NCBI GenBank assembly: GCA_043228905.1
Contig: JBHGNT010000014.1
Span: 18,414,001 to 18,478,000, forward strand
Direction of reading: 5' to 3'
DNA length: 64,000 bases
Origin: Azolla caroliniana
Taxonomy: Eukaryota; Plantae; Polypodiophyta
The notes under the pieces were generated by a model. The model was not told where the DNA came from. It did not search any database and saw nothing but the letters and a program-made list of their open reading frames with translations. Below, in pieces: positions 47,701-59,845 of this stretch (position 1 is its first letter; the number at the start of each line of letters is the position of its first letter). A program made the translations under genes and the position numbers.

Positions 47701-50700
47701 GTCGGCACTCCTTCGGGAGTTTGAGGATCGCTTTGCGCGCCTTTCGGCGCTCGATCGGACCGTTCTGGACACAAGTCGTGTCCTACTATTTGTCAAATCG
47801 GTTGACGCATGGGATCGGGAGCAAGTGGGCTCCTTACTGGAAACCGAAGACGGGCTGACGGCCGACTGGGCCGCGGTAAAAGGAGTCTGCGGCTGTTTTG
47901 ACAAACGATGGGAGTGGGCTGATACAGGGGCGACCGGGGTGGGTCCTGTCGCAGCAAGGAATCTCGAATCGATACCGCAGGCGCGATGGGAAGAGACCCG
48001 GGAGTGGCTCGAAATTGGTTCGGCTTCGACCGGCATGGTCAGAGGCTCGTCCGGGGGGACAGCTTTGGAGGAGTTGACAAGGGCGGTAAAGGAGCTCCAG
48101 ATCGCCCAGGCTCGGAGGGAAGGTGGCGATCAGGCTCGTGACCGACGGCCTCCGGCAGGAAATAGGTGCATGTGGTGCGACGAGGTCGGCCACATCCGGA
48201 AAGACTGCGGGGACTTTACGGAGGCTTTGAGAAGCCGGGTAGTGTACTTGTGGGAAGGTCGGGTGCACGCCAGTGATACCCGGAGGGCCCTGAACCGGAA
48301 CGAGGGGCGAGGAGGAATGAAAAGGTTGATGGAAGAGGCGGCGGCCCGACACGCGGAGACCGTCTACTACTCAGCGTCAGCCGGTATCCGGGTCGGAGGC
48401 AGCTAGGCATGGAAGGAGAGCAAAGCCGGGTTCTGGCCGACGGTGCTGGAAGGCCTCGCCGGTGCCCGACTAAAGAAAGACGAGGCGGACCGCGCGGAGA
48501 GGCGGGTCCAGGAGGTAACCGGGTGGAGTGACCCGGTCGAAGAAAAGACGGGTTTCGTCGAAGCAGCTTGCCAAAACTACGAGGCTCTGGTTGAAGACAA
48601 ACGGGTAGGTAAAACCGGAGGGGCCGGACCCTCACAGAGATACGGAACCCGATTCGGGCCGAAACGGAGCGAGGCTGGTGAGACCAGTGCCCGGGATAAC
48701 CACAAGAAGGGCGGATACCGTTTGAGCATGGAGATCGGAAGGACCACGGACGTACGAAAGGTCCTGGAAGAACGAATCCTCGACAACAAGGTGGAACTGT
48801 CGTTGCGGGAGGTGCTCGGAATCGCCAAGAAAGAGTTCCACGACTCCATCGTAGACTTGGTGAAGAGGAAGAGGCCGTCGACGGAGACAGAACCGGAAAG
48901 GCCGGTGGAGGTGCGGACGACACACATAGAGGACATGGTGCTGAAAGACGAGTGGGCGGAGAGCCACTATTCGAGGCCACACTGGGCCCGAGCGACCACG
49001 GAAACCCCCATGAAGATCAGAGATGTTTAGGAATCGGTGGTGGCGCTGGTGGACCACGGTTCGGAAATAAACTTGATGTCCATGGACTTCTACAAGAAGG
49101 GGAAATGGCCGATCAACACCAAGCACGGGTGGAAGATACGGGCGGCGACGCGCACCACCGAGGAACTACACGGGGCCTGTCCAAACGTGCGAGTCAAGAT
49201 CGGCGACGTCGAGATAGATCAACACTTCTTTCTGTAGGAGACGTCCTCGCACCCGGTCATACTGGGAGAACCGTACATTACGGCAGCTCGGATGGAGACC
49301 AAGGTGCTGGACAACGGGTCGGCTTACGCGAGGGTCAAGAGTCAGGACGGGCGTCATTCGGTCCAGTTCCTGACGGTGCGACCGAACCACGAGCGAAACC
49401 GCGAGTCCCTCGGTGGCGAGAACCGAGAGGATTTTTAGAGAGGGCTGCCAAGGCGTGGGGACGCGACAGTCCGGACACTCCTGGAAAACCCCACAAATGT
49501 ACGATAGAGGCGAAACCGAAGAAACCTTGTACCATAAGTAGGAAGTTTTGTTTCTCCGACAACGGAGGGTGTATGATAGTCGGTGTCGTTGGCCGAGAAA
49601 AGACAAGGGCGGAAGAGCGACTTCGGGTGTGCGGAGTTCTCGGGCCCAACGAGGAAATCAACGGGGCCGTGGAGGCGGTCTCCTTCGACGATACCTTGGG
49701 AATACTGCGAGAGGTGGTCGGAGAGGGCCTTAAAGAGGACCGGACGATACCGGTTTGTTCAGAAGAGATGTACGAAGTCATCGTGGACTTCAGTCGAGGG
49801 CTCGAGTCGGATCGGACGGCCCGGGTTAACATGAAGTACAAGACTGTGGACCGGAAGGTAAGGCCAGCGCGGCACCCTTACCGGAGGGCAGCGAGTTGCG
49901 AATCAAGGGGTTCGCGTCGGACCCCAGTTTACGGGATCCGGCCTGCATAGGACACACCTTCACCGACAGAACGCTACGGGAGCTCAAAATCGGTGGAGGC
50001 GGGTTCCTACTGCTGGCGGAGGAAGACCGGTTTCGGAGAATGCTCGGAAGGCACGGGAAAGCCTTCGCATTCTCACCGGAAGAGATCGGGTGCGTAGACC
50101 CGACAGTCGTGAAGCCAATGGTGATATTCACGGTATTGCATGTGCCGTGGAATCTCAAACCAATTCCGGTACCGAGAGCTCACATCCCGGAGCTGATGGA
50201 GTTGTTGAGGCAGAAAATCGATATGGGCATCCTCGAACCGTCGAGTGCCTCGTACTCGAACCGGTGGTTTACCATACCGAAGAAGAACGGGACGTTGCGC
50301 TTCATTCAAGACCTGCAACCGGTCAACAGAGTGACCATTCGGAACGCAGGAATCAGACCAACGATAGATGAGTTCGCGGAGGCCTTCGCCGGAAGGTCGA
50401 TCTACTCGATCGGTGATCTGTACTCGGGGTACGATCAATTCCAACTAGCCGTAGAGAGCAGAGACATTACGACGATGCGGACTCCTCTCGGCCTAGTGCG
50501 GATGTGTACCTTGCCACAAGGAGGGATGAACTCGGTGGCCCACATGGTGAAGGCGATGAACAACGTGCTGAGGGATTGTATCCAGGACGTCACCATGCCA
50601 TTCTTGGACGATATTCCGATCAAGGGATGTCCGGTGGAGGACAAGGACGAAACGATCGGACCGGACGGATGCCGGAAATTCGTGGCGACACACATTGACG

Positions 50701-53700
50701 ACTGCGAGAGGGTGCTGCAGAGGCTAGAGGACGCGAGGCTCACCTTCTCCGGGGAGAAATCGGCCTTCGGGCAATTGGAGATCATGGTCGTCGGACATCT
50801 ATGCGGACCGTATGGCCGGAAACCGTCTCCGGCTAAGGTGGAAGCGATCTCCGCGATGAAGCCCGACTGTAACTCAGTCACGGAAGTACAGAGGTTCTTG
50901 GGACCATGTGCGTTCTACCACATATGGATCCCGCATTACGCCCACGTTGCCGAGCCGCTATACGGGTTGCTAAAAAAGGGACGAAAATTCGAGTGGCAGG
51001 ATGAGCATACGGAGTCGGTCCGAAAGATGAAGGAGGCTGTTGCTGCAGCTCCGGCACTCCGGAAGGCTGTCTACGAGAAAGGTACTCCCATCTACATAAC
51101 GGTAGATACAAGTCCGACCGGGATCGGATGGGTCGTCAACCAAGAAGATGAGGACGGCATTCGGTTCCCAATCCGGTTCGGCGCGAAGGTCCTCAGCGAG
51201 CGACAGCGAGGATACGCCCAGGTTAAATGCGAACTCTGGGGTATCGTTTCGACTATCTGATCGGGACAGAGGTGATTATCGAGACGGACTGCCTACCGAT
51301 TCTCGGCATGGTTTCCGGATGCGCAATCCCGGACCTAGCAATGCTCAGGTGGATAGCGTACATCAAGTCCCTGGATCCGGAAATACGACACATTTCCGGG
51401 AAAGACAATGCCATGGCCGACATGCTTTCGAGGGCGTGATTCGACGACGAGGGCGGCATGGTTTCGGAGGATGAGGAAGTCAGCGTGGACTTCTATACGT
51501 AACAACCGAGGGAGGGAGCACTCCGGCGCTTAACGATTTCAACGAGAGCAAGTACAACGGGGAGTGGTTGCAGATTGGGAGATTCTTGAGGACGATGACG
51601 CCGGACGCATCATGGACAAAGAACGAGGCCAACCGGATCCGGAAGAAAGCATACCGATTCTTTCTCCGGGACGGATACTTATGGAAGCACCCGAAGAAGA
51701 GTAACGACATCCCACTCCGAGTGGTGGTGATGGAGGAGGAACAGAAGGAGTTGCTGAAGGCCTACCACGACAGCCCTTGGGCTGGACACCGTGGGACGTG
51801 GGCCACGTTCGAGAATATGAAGGGGAAGTACTGGTGGTCGGGACTGTACCGGGACGTGCATCGGTTCGTGACAACTTGTGGGAGCTGTCAGATACACTCC
51901 ATAGTCCGACATCGGGACGAGCTTCACCCTACATACCCTCCGACCATCCACTTCAAATGGATGGTAGATTTGGTGACGATGCCGATGGGCATAGGGCAGA
52001 TGCGATATCTGGTGCTGGCCCGGGAGGACCTGACGAACCAGGTGGAAGGCCAAGCCATGCAGAACAAAACGACCACGGCCGTGTGTCGGTGCCTGATCAA
52101 GGACGTGATATGCCGGTACGGGTGCGTCGGGAAGATCGTGGCTGATCGCAGGGAGTTGGACGCCGAAGAGGTCGAGGAGCTGTTCGACCGGTTAGGTGTC
52201 AAGCTCTCGCTCACCACAGCGTACAATCCGGAGGCGAACGGGAAGGTGGAGCGCGGACACGGACCGATCGTCAAAGCGCTAGTCCGGGCGTGCGGAGGCC
52301 AGGTCGGGAACTAGCCACGACTGTTACCTTATGCCTTGTGGGCGGACCGGACAACGCACAGTTCGGTAACTGGGTTCATGCAGTCAGAGCTCATGTTCGG
52401 ACAGAAGCCAATCATGCCGATGGAACGGACGATCTCCTCTTGGGCGACAGTGGACTGGAGAGACGAGATGAGCCGGGAAGAATTGCTAGCGTCGCGTATA
52501 CGACAGCTCGAGCGGAGGCCAGAGGACGTGGAACGAGCGGCGGAGAGACTTCGGACGACGAGGATGAGGAACAAAGCCTGGTTCGACCGAACGCACCGGC
52601 TCCAACCAAAGAAATTCGAGGAAGGCGACTGGTTGCTAGTCTACGACAACAGCCTCGACAACCAGCACCGGGCAACACGGAAGTTTGCAAAGCGGTGGTT
52701 CGGGCCTTACGTGGTAACAAGCACCAACGACAACGGGACATATCACCTGGCGGAACTCGACGGTACGAGGATGGCGATACCGGTGGCGGGGAAGCGGATC
52801 AAAGCGTTCAAGAAGCGCCACGATGGCGAACCGGATCTAAGAGGCCTGGACAACGACGACGAACAGTCCGAGACGGAGGACGAATCGATGGACGAAGAAC
52901 CGAAACTCGGACCGGTTTTCTCCAATCAGAACCCAATTTTGGCGCATACCGGTGGATGCGCGGTTAGGTGGGGGCGGATGTTGTGAAGAAAACCGTCCAT
53001 AGCGCGCGTGAATCGGCTCTTCACGCGTACCCGCCATTTAATGTATATAATAGGGAATTAGGTACATAGGTATATCTGGGTAGTTAGATTCGGTAGGTAG
53101 GAAGTAAATGAGGGAGACGGCTCCCTTCTTGAAGCTATAAAAGAAAGGGAGACGCGGGGAGAAGGGGATCGCGCATTGAGGAGGACGAAGTGCTGTCGGA
53201 CCGTAACCGAACGCTTCTCCTCTGTTTGTTCTCCATCACTCTTCTCTGCAGGTTTTCGGGAGGCTCGTGCTGCTTCGAGGAACGCCCGTGTGCTTCCGGC
53301 AGCACCTCCATCCTTTTCCCCTTTCGTGCGCAGACGAACAGGCATCGGCATCTGTTCGCCGGCCTGTTCGGTTGTAACCGCTCACGTGCTCTATTATGTA
53401 TTTGTTATTCGTTAATATACAAACTTTCGTGTCTCTCTGTCTCTGTGTCCATTCGTGTTTTCTGCGTTGACGGGTCGTGTCCCTATGTTTCTTTGCTCAT
53501 ACGTAATCGATCGTCTCTCTCTTTCTCTTTCCCCTCCTATCACCTGCTCTTCGGTTCAAGACCCCGGTGGTCCCGCCTCGTTTCTCCATGCACGCGCATA
53601 GTAACGCGATACCGCGCGGAACAGCTGGTCCAGGAGGTCACCGGTTGGGACGATCCGGTGGAAGAGAAAACGGGCTTCGTAGAAGCCACTTGCCAGAACT

Positions 53701-54902
53701 GCGAGGTTCTGGTGGAGGACAAACGGGAAGGAAAGGCTGGAGGGGTTGGGCCCCTAAGGTATGAGACCCGGTTCGGGCTGAAACTGACCGGTGCTGGCAA
53801 CCCAGGCGTGCTGGATGGGAAGAAGCAGGCGGGGTTTCGGTTGAGCACCGAGATCGAGAGAGCAACGGACCTACGGAAGGTCCTTGAAGAGCGAATCCTC
53901 GACAGTAAAGTGGAGCTGTCGTTGCGCGAGGTGCTGGGAGTCGCCAAGAGGGAGTTCCACGACTCTATCGTAGACTTGGTGAAGCAGAAGAAGCTCTCGA
54001 CGGAGCCGGAACCGGAGAAGCCGATGGAAGTGCGGACCACGCACCTGGAAGACGGAGCCCTGGAAGATGAGCTGGCGGGATGCCACTACACGAAGCCGCA
54101 TTGAGCCAAGGCGACTACGGAAACCCCTGTACGGATCGGCGACGTTCTGGAACCGGTGGTGGTGTTGGTGGACCATGGATCCGAAATCAACCTGATGTCC
54201 ATGGATTTCTACAAGAAGGGTAAATGGCCGATCAACACCAAGCATGGGTGGAAGATACGGGCAGCGACGCGCGCCACAGGAAGAACTACATGGGAACTGT
54301 CCGAACGTACGGGTGAAAATCAGCGATGTCGAGATCGTCCAGCACTTCTTCGTGTAGGAGACATCCTCGCATCCGGTTATACTAGGAGAGCCATATATCA
54401 CGGCGGCAGGGATGGAGACCAAGGTGCTGGATAACGGTTCAGCCTATGCAAGAGTCAAAAGCCCGGACGGGCGCCACTCGCTCCAGTTCCTAACGGTGAG
54501 ACCAAACCACGAGCGTAACCGCGAGGCCCTCGGCAGCGAAACCCGAGGGGATTTTTAGAGAGAGCTATCAAGGCGTGGGGCCGCGATAGTCCGGACTCCC
54601 GGGAACAACCCCACAAATGTACAGTACGGAAGAAGACTTGTACCATTGGTAGGATGTTTTGGTTCTCCGACAACGGAGGTTGTACTATAATCGGCGTCAG
54701 CGGCCGGGAGAGGAAGCGAGCGGAGGAGCGGCTCAAGGGATGCAGAGTCCTCTTCCCCGACGAAGACATCAGCGGCGCCATGGAGGCGGTCTCTTTTGAC
54801 GACACCTTGGGCGAACTACGAAATGTGATCGATGAAGACCTTAGAGAAGACCGGACTGTTCCGGTAGGATCGATGGGGTTGTACGAAGTCATCGCGGACT
54901 TC
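44743..54902 (+). mobile_element. Element D: Ty3/gypsy, same lineage; 5' LTR 44743-45370, gag interrupted by E, truncated before RT at about 54902
   Basis: PBS TGGTGAACCCGACGTGAA at 45375. Gag MRGSELAEAM...EEADR resumes as AEQLVQEVTGWDDP after 53615; protease VLVDHGSEINLM. Confidence 0.93.
46619..53611 (+). mobile_element. Element E: full-length Ty3/gypsy of a sister family (LTRs 46619-47268 and 52979-53611)
   Basis: 4-bp TSD CCGC (46615-46618 and 53612-53615), tRNA-Trp PBS at 47273, gag 47339-48406, RT/RH 49896-51260, integrase 51568-52986, PPT ggtgggggcgga. Confidence 0.96.
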
Positions 54903-55253
54903 CGCGATTTGGCACCGGAGACCTATATAAAGGCCCGGTTACAATGTAATCAAGAGCGGATAATTAGTGAAGCTTATGGTCTTGATCTTCAAAGTGTTGA
55001 TTACCGTTCTGTAATTATTGTCATATCTTACGCGTGTTAATTATGGATGGCTAAGTAATCGATTAAGGTCTAATTAAGTGTTGTGCCATAAATCATTTTG
55101 TCGTACCACCCTTTGGTGACGTGTCTTGAGTGGACACCCTGTGTTAGGCTGTTGTCCGGCCCTAGCAATAACACAGTTTTTGGCGACCACGATTCCTGCA
55201 TTATCGCAGTGAATAGCGGCAGGAATGGATGACTAGGCCAATAGACGACCCGG

Positions 55254-58200
55254 TGTCGCGTTGTTACGCGCGTGCGCGGAGAAAGGCGGGACCACGGGGG
55301 TCTTGGACTAGGGAGCGACGGAGCATAGGAAGTTGTGCTTCACGGCTTCTGAGGCATCTCAGAAACACACCGGAAGCAACCGAAGGGGGAGAGAGAGAGC
55401 GAGAGAGAGAGAGAGAGAGCGTGCTTTACACCGACTCACGCACACACACGCACACACAGCCCGACCCGACTCACGCCCTTATGTACAGGAAACGCAAGGA
55501 AGGAGTGGAGCACCCGACACTAGCAAGACGCCAATATACACAGACACATGCAAACGTATATATATATATATATATATAGAGAGAGAATACACTCCCGGCT
55601 TCGAGCCGGACCAAGATAGTTTACAACAGTCGTCTGTTATCAAGCCGCCGTCGGGGAGCTCTCGGGCTCGTCGCGCCGAGCGGGGTCTTGCACAGGAGAC
55701 AAGCTGCAGCCAACCCTAAACGAACGCGAAGGGGGAGAAGAAGAAGCAGAGGAACCCTAACCCTAACCCTACCGGTATACCCTCTAATCCAAAATGGGCA
55801 ACCCTTTTACAAAGGGTGTTCCCTCCCTTTTATGGAACAAGGAGAGGGACGCGTTACAATGTGGGACAAATCCCGACTTTCATGGGATCGTCTGTCCCAA
55901 CTCAACTACTCTTCGGCACCATAAAGGCACCCTCGATATTCACACCAATTGTACATGGGTGCGTACACACGTTGCACCCCGCCGATGTAGACAATGTTTC
56001 CCGGTTTCCACCTCTGGCCGAAATTCTTCACGACATCCGCCCCCACCTAACTGCACGTCCACCGGTACGTGCCAAATCTGGTTGAAGGGTGAGAGATTTC
56101 GGCCGGTGAGAAACCGGTCTCCCGTGATACGCATCCCGGCTCGCTGCCGGTTTGATACGTCGGCTTCGAGTCTTCCTTCGCGCTCGCCTCCTTGTAGGCT
56201 CGTTCAACCCGTTGATGGGTCCTCTGCCGCGATCTCCGTAGCACGCGTTCTTCCGTTGGCCCTTGTTCGGCCGTATGAACGCCCCGCTTCCCGCCGTATG
56301 CCCGATGTCCTCCGCTAGAGGAATGCCCGTGGCAGCCCGCTTGGCCTCCGTTGTCGGATCGTGATGTCCCGATGGTGTTTCGCGTGGCCTTCGTCCTTCC
56401 GCCGCCGCTTGCCTTCTCCATGGTCTTACATCGCCGCGTCAGCTCGGACCGCCATGGTCTCCGGAACGGTTTGGAGGATCCCCTTTCCGGCCTTCTCCGC
56501 GCTCCGGCACCTCCGTGTGCCACATACCCTCGTCCGATGCTGACTCTCTCCGCTCCGCGCTTGCCTTCCGTAGGCTTCCCTGTATGTCGATATTGCCCTC
56601 CGAATGCGTGCTTGTGCTTCGGTCCTTCGATGACCCCATCACGCGTTTTTCGCTTTCCCCTTTTTCGCAGTGCTCTCTCGTAGTAGAGCGTATCGTCATC
56701 CCGATCTCCGTGTCGGTGTCCCTCGAGGCTCTCGTTATCGCCCCTCCTCGACTTGCGCCCTCTTGGCCTGCTTGGCCCTCCGTTCTCGGCACCTCCCTTG
56801 TGCCGTTTTCCCCTTCCTTCCTTCGTTCGGCCTTGCCCGCGCCGAGCACCGTCCCGTAGTCACGCTTCGATCCGGCCCGTGATGGCCATTTGCGAGACTC
56901 TTGTTCTGTTCAAGGTGTGCCTTTCCGGTCTGACACACCTCCCCGTGTTTGCCCTTTTCTAGCTTCTTCCGAACTTCGTGTCGTCGGGTCCCGTTCCCTG
57001 CCGCCACCGTCCTTCTCCCTCGGTCTTACGTTGCCACGTTGGCCGAACTGCCGGAGCCTCCGGATCGGTGTGAGGGTCCCATAGGACCGGACTCCGTTTC
57101 TATGCTTGCCGAAAGTCGGGTGCTTTTTGTTTGAGTCCTTCCCGGACTCTCCTCGTGTCTTCCGCGTAGCCGGGTCCCGTTTCCCGCCACCACCAACCTT
57201 CTCTCTCGGTCTTACGTTGCCACGTTGGCCAAACTACCGGAGCCTCCGGTTAAGTGTGGGGATCTCGTAGGACCGGACTTCCTTATGCCCATTGTCTTTG
57301 TCACCTCGCCACCACCGTCAGTATCTTGGTCTTACGTCGACCGCATTGCCGATTGCCGAAGTCTCTAGAACCGGTGTGAAGGATCCTCCGCAGACCGCCC
57401 TTCCGTAGCCCTTGCCTTTGTCACCTCGCCGCCACCGTCAGTATCTTGGTCTTACGTCGACCGCGTTGCCGACTGCCGAAGTCTCTAGAACCGGTGTGAA
57501 GGATCCTCCGCAGGCTGCCTCGATTTGTCTTCCCAACCCTTGCCCGGGTCGTCCTTTTCCTCAGGCCGAGAGGGCGGTTTACTCCGCACCCTCTTCCGTA
57601 TCGGCACTTTCATGCCGACCCCGGCTTCGAACGAATGATCCACAACCGGATCACACTCCACCCGTATCGGAACGCTGATCCCCTCGTGCCATGCCCGTCC
57701 TCGGCCTCCTCGCAGGCCATTTCCGATCCGTCTTCGCTGGCATCGTGCCAGGACTCCTCGGTACCGCCATCCATCTCCTCGGTCTTATATGGGCATACGG
57801 GCCCAAATGCCGAGTTCTCCGGAATCGGGTCCGTGGGCTTTCGTCCGCTCCTTCCCCGTATTGTCTCGCCGATGATTCTTGGCCCTCCGCCACCACATTC
57901 CTCCGCTCAGGACTCACGTGGGTACTCGGGCCCGACTGCCATCGTCTTGGGAGCAAGTGTGGGAAGACACAAAGAATCACCCGTCCGTTTTACGCCCTTG
58001 TCCGTAGCCACCGGCTCTCCGTGGTCGGTGGTCGACTTCCTACCGATCGTGCAAGCCCCGTCTGGGCTTGCTTCTCCAATGACCGGGATCTCGGGCTGAC
58101 ACGCCCAAAGCCGTTGGTCCCAGCGTTCCGATTCCACGATCGGTATCTCGGCCTCATCCTTGGCCGTTCTATTTCCGCAAGTCGAGAGGGCATTTCGTTC

Positions 58201-59845
58201 CGCACCCCCTTCCGTGGTACCGTCGTACCATTCTCTTTCGGCCTCCTCATCCTCCGATCGCCTCCGGCCCGACTCCATTATAAGCCCTTCTTCGGCTTCG
58301 GGTTTCCCCTCTTCCTCGAGCATCGCTTTGAGAGCTTCGTACGCCTCCGCAATCCTGGCCCCAATGCCGACCCTTGCCAACTCTCTTTGCCGTTCGGCCC
58401 CTCCCCGCTGTGATGGCACGCCGTCGCGTACCTTCCTCTTAGCTTTCTCGGCTCGCTCGTTGTCTAGCCTTTGGCACACCCTTCCGACCTTCGACCAGTC
58501 CTCCGTAAGCCCATTCGCTCCATCATCGTCTTCGAGCTCAATCCCGATGGCTTCCTGTTCCGCTCGGTCGATCGACCTGACGAACAAAAGGACTTTGTCC
58601 GCCCCCACCAAACCTTGTTCCCGCTCTGGGAGCCAAGCAAGTCGTCACTCGAACTCCCGGAATGCCTTCGTCGCACTCCGGTGGGTCTTTGCCGATGCTA
58701 CCCACTGGTCGAAGTGGTGCCGTCCACGGCTCTTCCGCCGTCCTCCGTATGCCTTCAGGAGCGCCTCTTCGAAGGCCTCCCATGAACCACGAGCCTCACG
58801 AAGCTCCATTACTTCCGCATGCATCCGGACAGCTATGACCCGGTAGAAGAACTCCAGCCTCAACGCCTCGTCTACGCCACGCTCTTCCATTTCCGCGTTG
58901 TAGGCTTCCAAGTAAGATGGGAATTTGTCCCCGTTGAAACGGCCGACTCTTTCAACCACTCGCCCAACCGCTTGTTGTGCTGCTTCTCACCTCATCACCA
59001 CTCGTGCCGACTCCAACACCACTTCGGTCACCATCTTCGCAAGGTCGTCATCTTCCGACTCCATCCTCCCTTGCCGCCTTTCATGTCGGGTTCACCAAAG
59101 ATGTCGCGTTGTTAGGTGCGTGCGCGGAGAAAGGCGGGACCACGGGGGTCTTGGACTAGGGAGCAACGGAGCGTAGGAAGTCGTGCTTCATGGCTTCTAA
59201 GGCATCTCAGAAACACACCGGAAGCAACCGAGGGGTGAGAGAGAGAGCGAGAGAGAGAGAGAGAGAGCGTGCTTTACACCGACTCACGCACACACACGCA
59301 CACACACGCACACACAGCCCGACCCGACTCACTAGCAAGACGCCAATATACACAGACACATGCAAACGTATATATATATATATATAGAGAGAGAGAATAC
59401 ACTCCCGGCTTCGAGCCGGACCAAGATAGTTTACAACAGTCGTCTGTTATCAAGCCGCCGTCGGGGAGCTCTCGGGCTCGTCGCGCCGAGCGGGGTCTTG
59501 CACAGGAGACAAGCTGCAGCCAACCCTAAACGAACGCGAAGGGGGAGAAGAAGAAGCAGAGGAACCCTAACCCTAACCCTACCGGTATACCCTCTAATCC
59601 AAAATGGGCAACCCTTTTACAAAGGGCGTTCCCTCCCTTTTATGGAACAAGGTGAGGGACGCGTTACAATGTGGGACAAATCCCGACTTTCATGGGATCG
59701 TCTGTCCCGACTCGACTACTCTTCGGCGCCATAAAGGCACCCTCGATATTCACACCAATTGTACATGGGTGCGTACACACGCTGCACCCCGCCGATGTAG
59801 ACAATGTTTCCCGATTTCCACCTCTGGCCGAAATTCTTCACGACA
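55254..59845 (-). mobile_element. Element F: non-autonomous gag-only LTR element of the tRNA-Trp lineage (LTRs 59102-59845 and 55254-56035)
   Basis: TSD CCGG/CAGG, PBS 59080-59097, PPT adjacent to 56036. Gag-like VERVGRFNGDKFPSYLEAYNAEM...KVLLFVRSID is homologous to B-E gag. No PR/RT/RH/INT motifs seen in the 3.07-kb interior. Confidence 0.9.
56960..57515. repeat. Internal tandem repeats of element F (about 186-bp and 120-bp periods)
   Basis: cggtcttacgttgccacgttggcc at about 57021 and about 57207; ttgtcacctcgcc...gaaggatcctccgcag at about 57298 and about 57418. Confidence 0.85.

Noticed and set aside
55750-55775. Interstitial telomere
   Set aside because: Only about three AACCCT units, present at the same place in both LTRs of F, so part of the LTR.
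29900-59100. Dense overlapping antisense ORFs in GC-rich retroelement interiors as extra genes (e.g. env-like)
   Set aside because: Expected from high GC content opposite gag/pol; there is no room between integrase and the PPT for an additional ORF in B, C or E.
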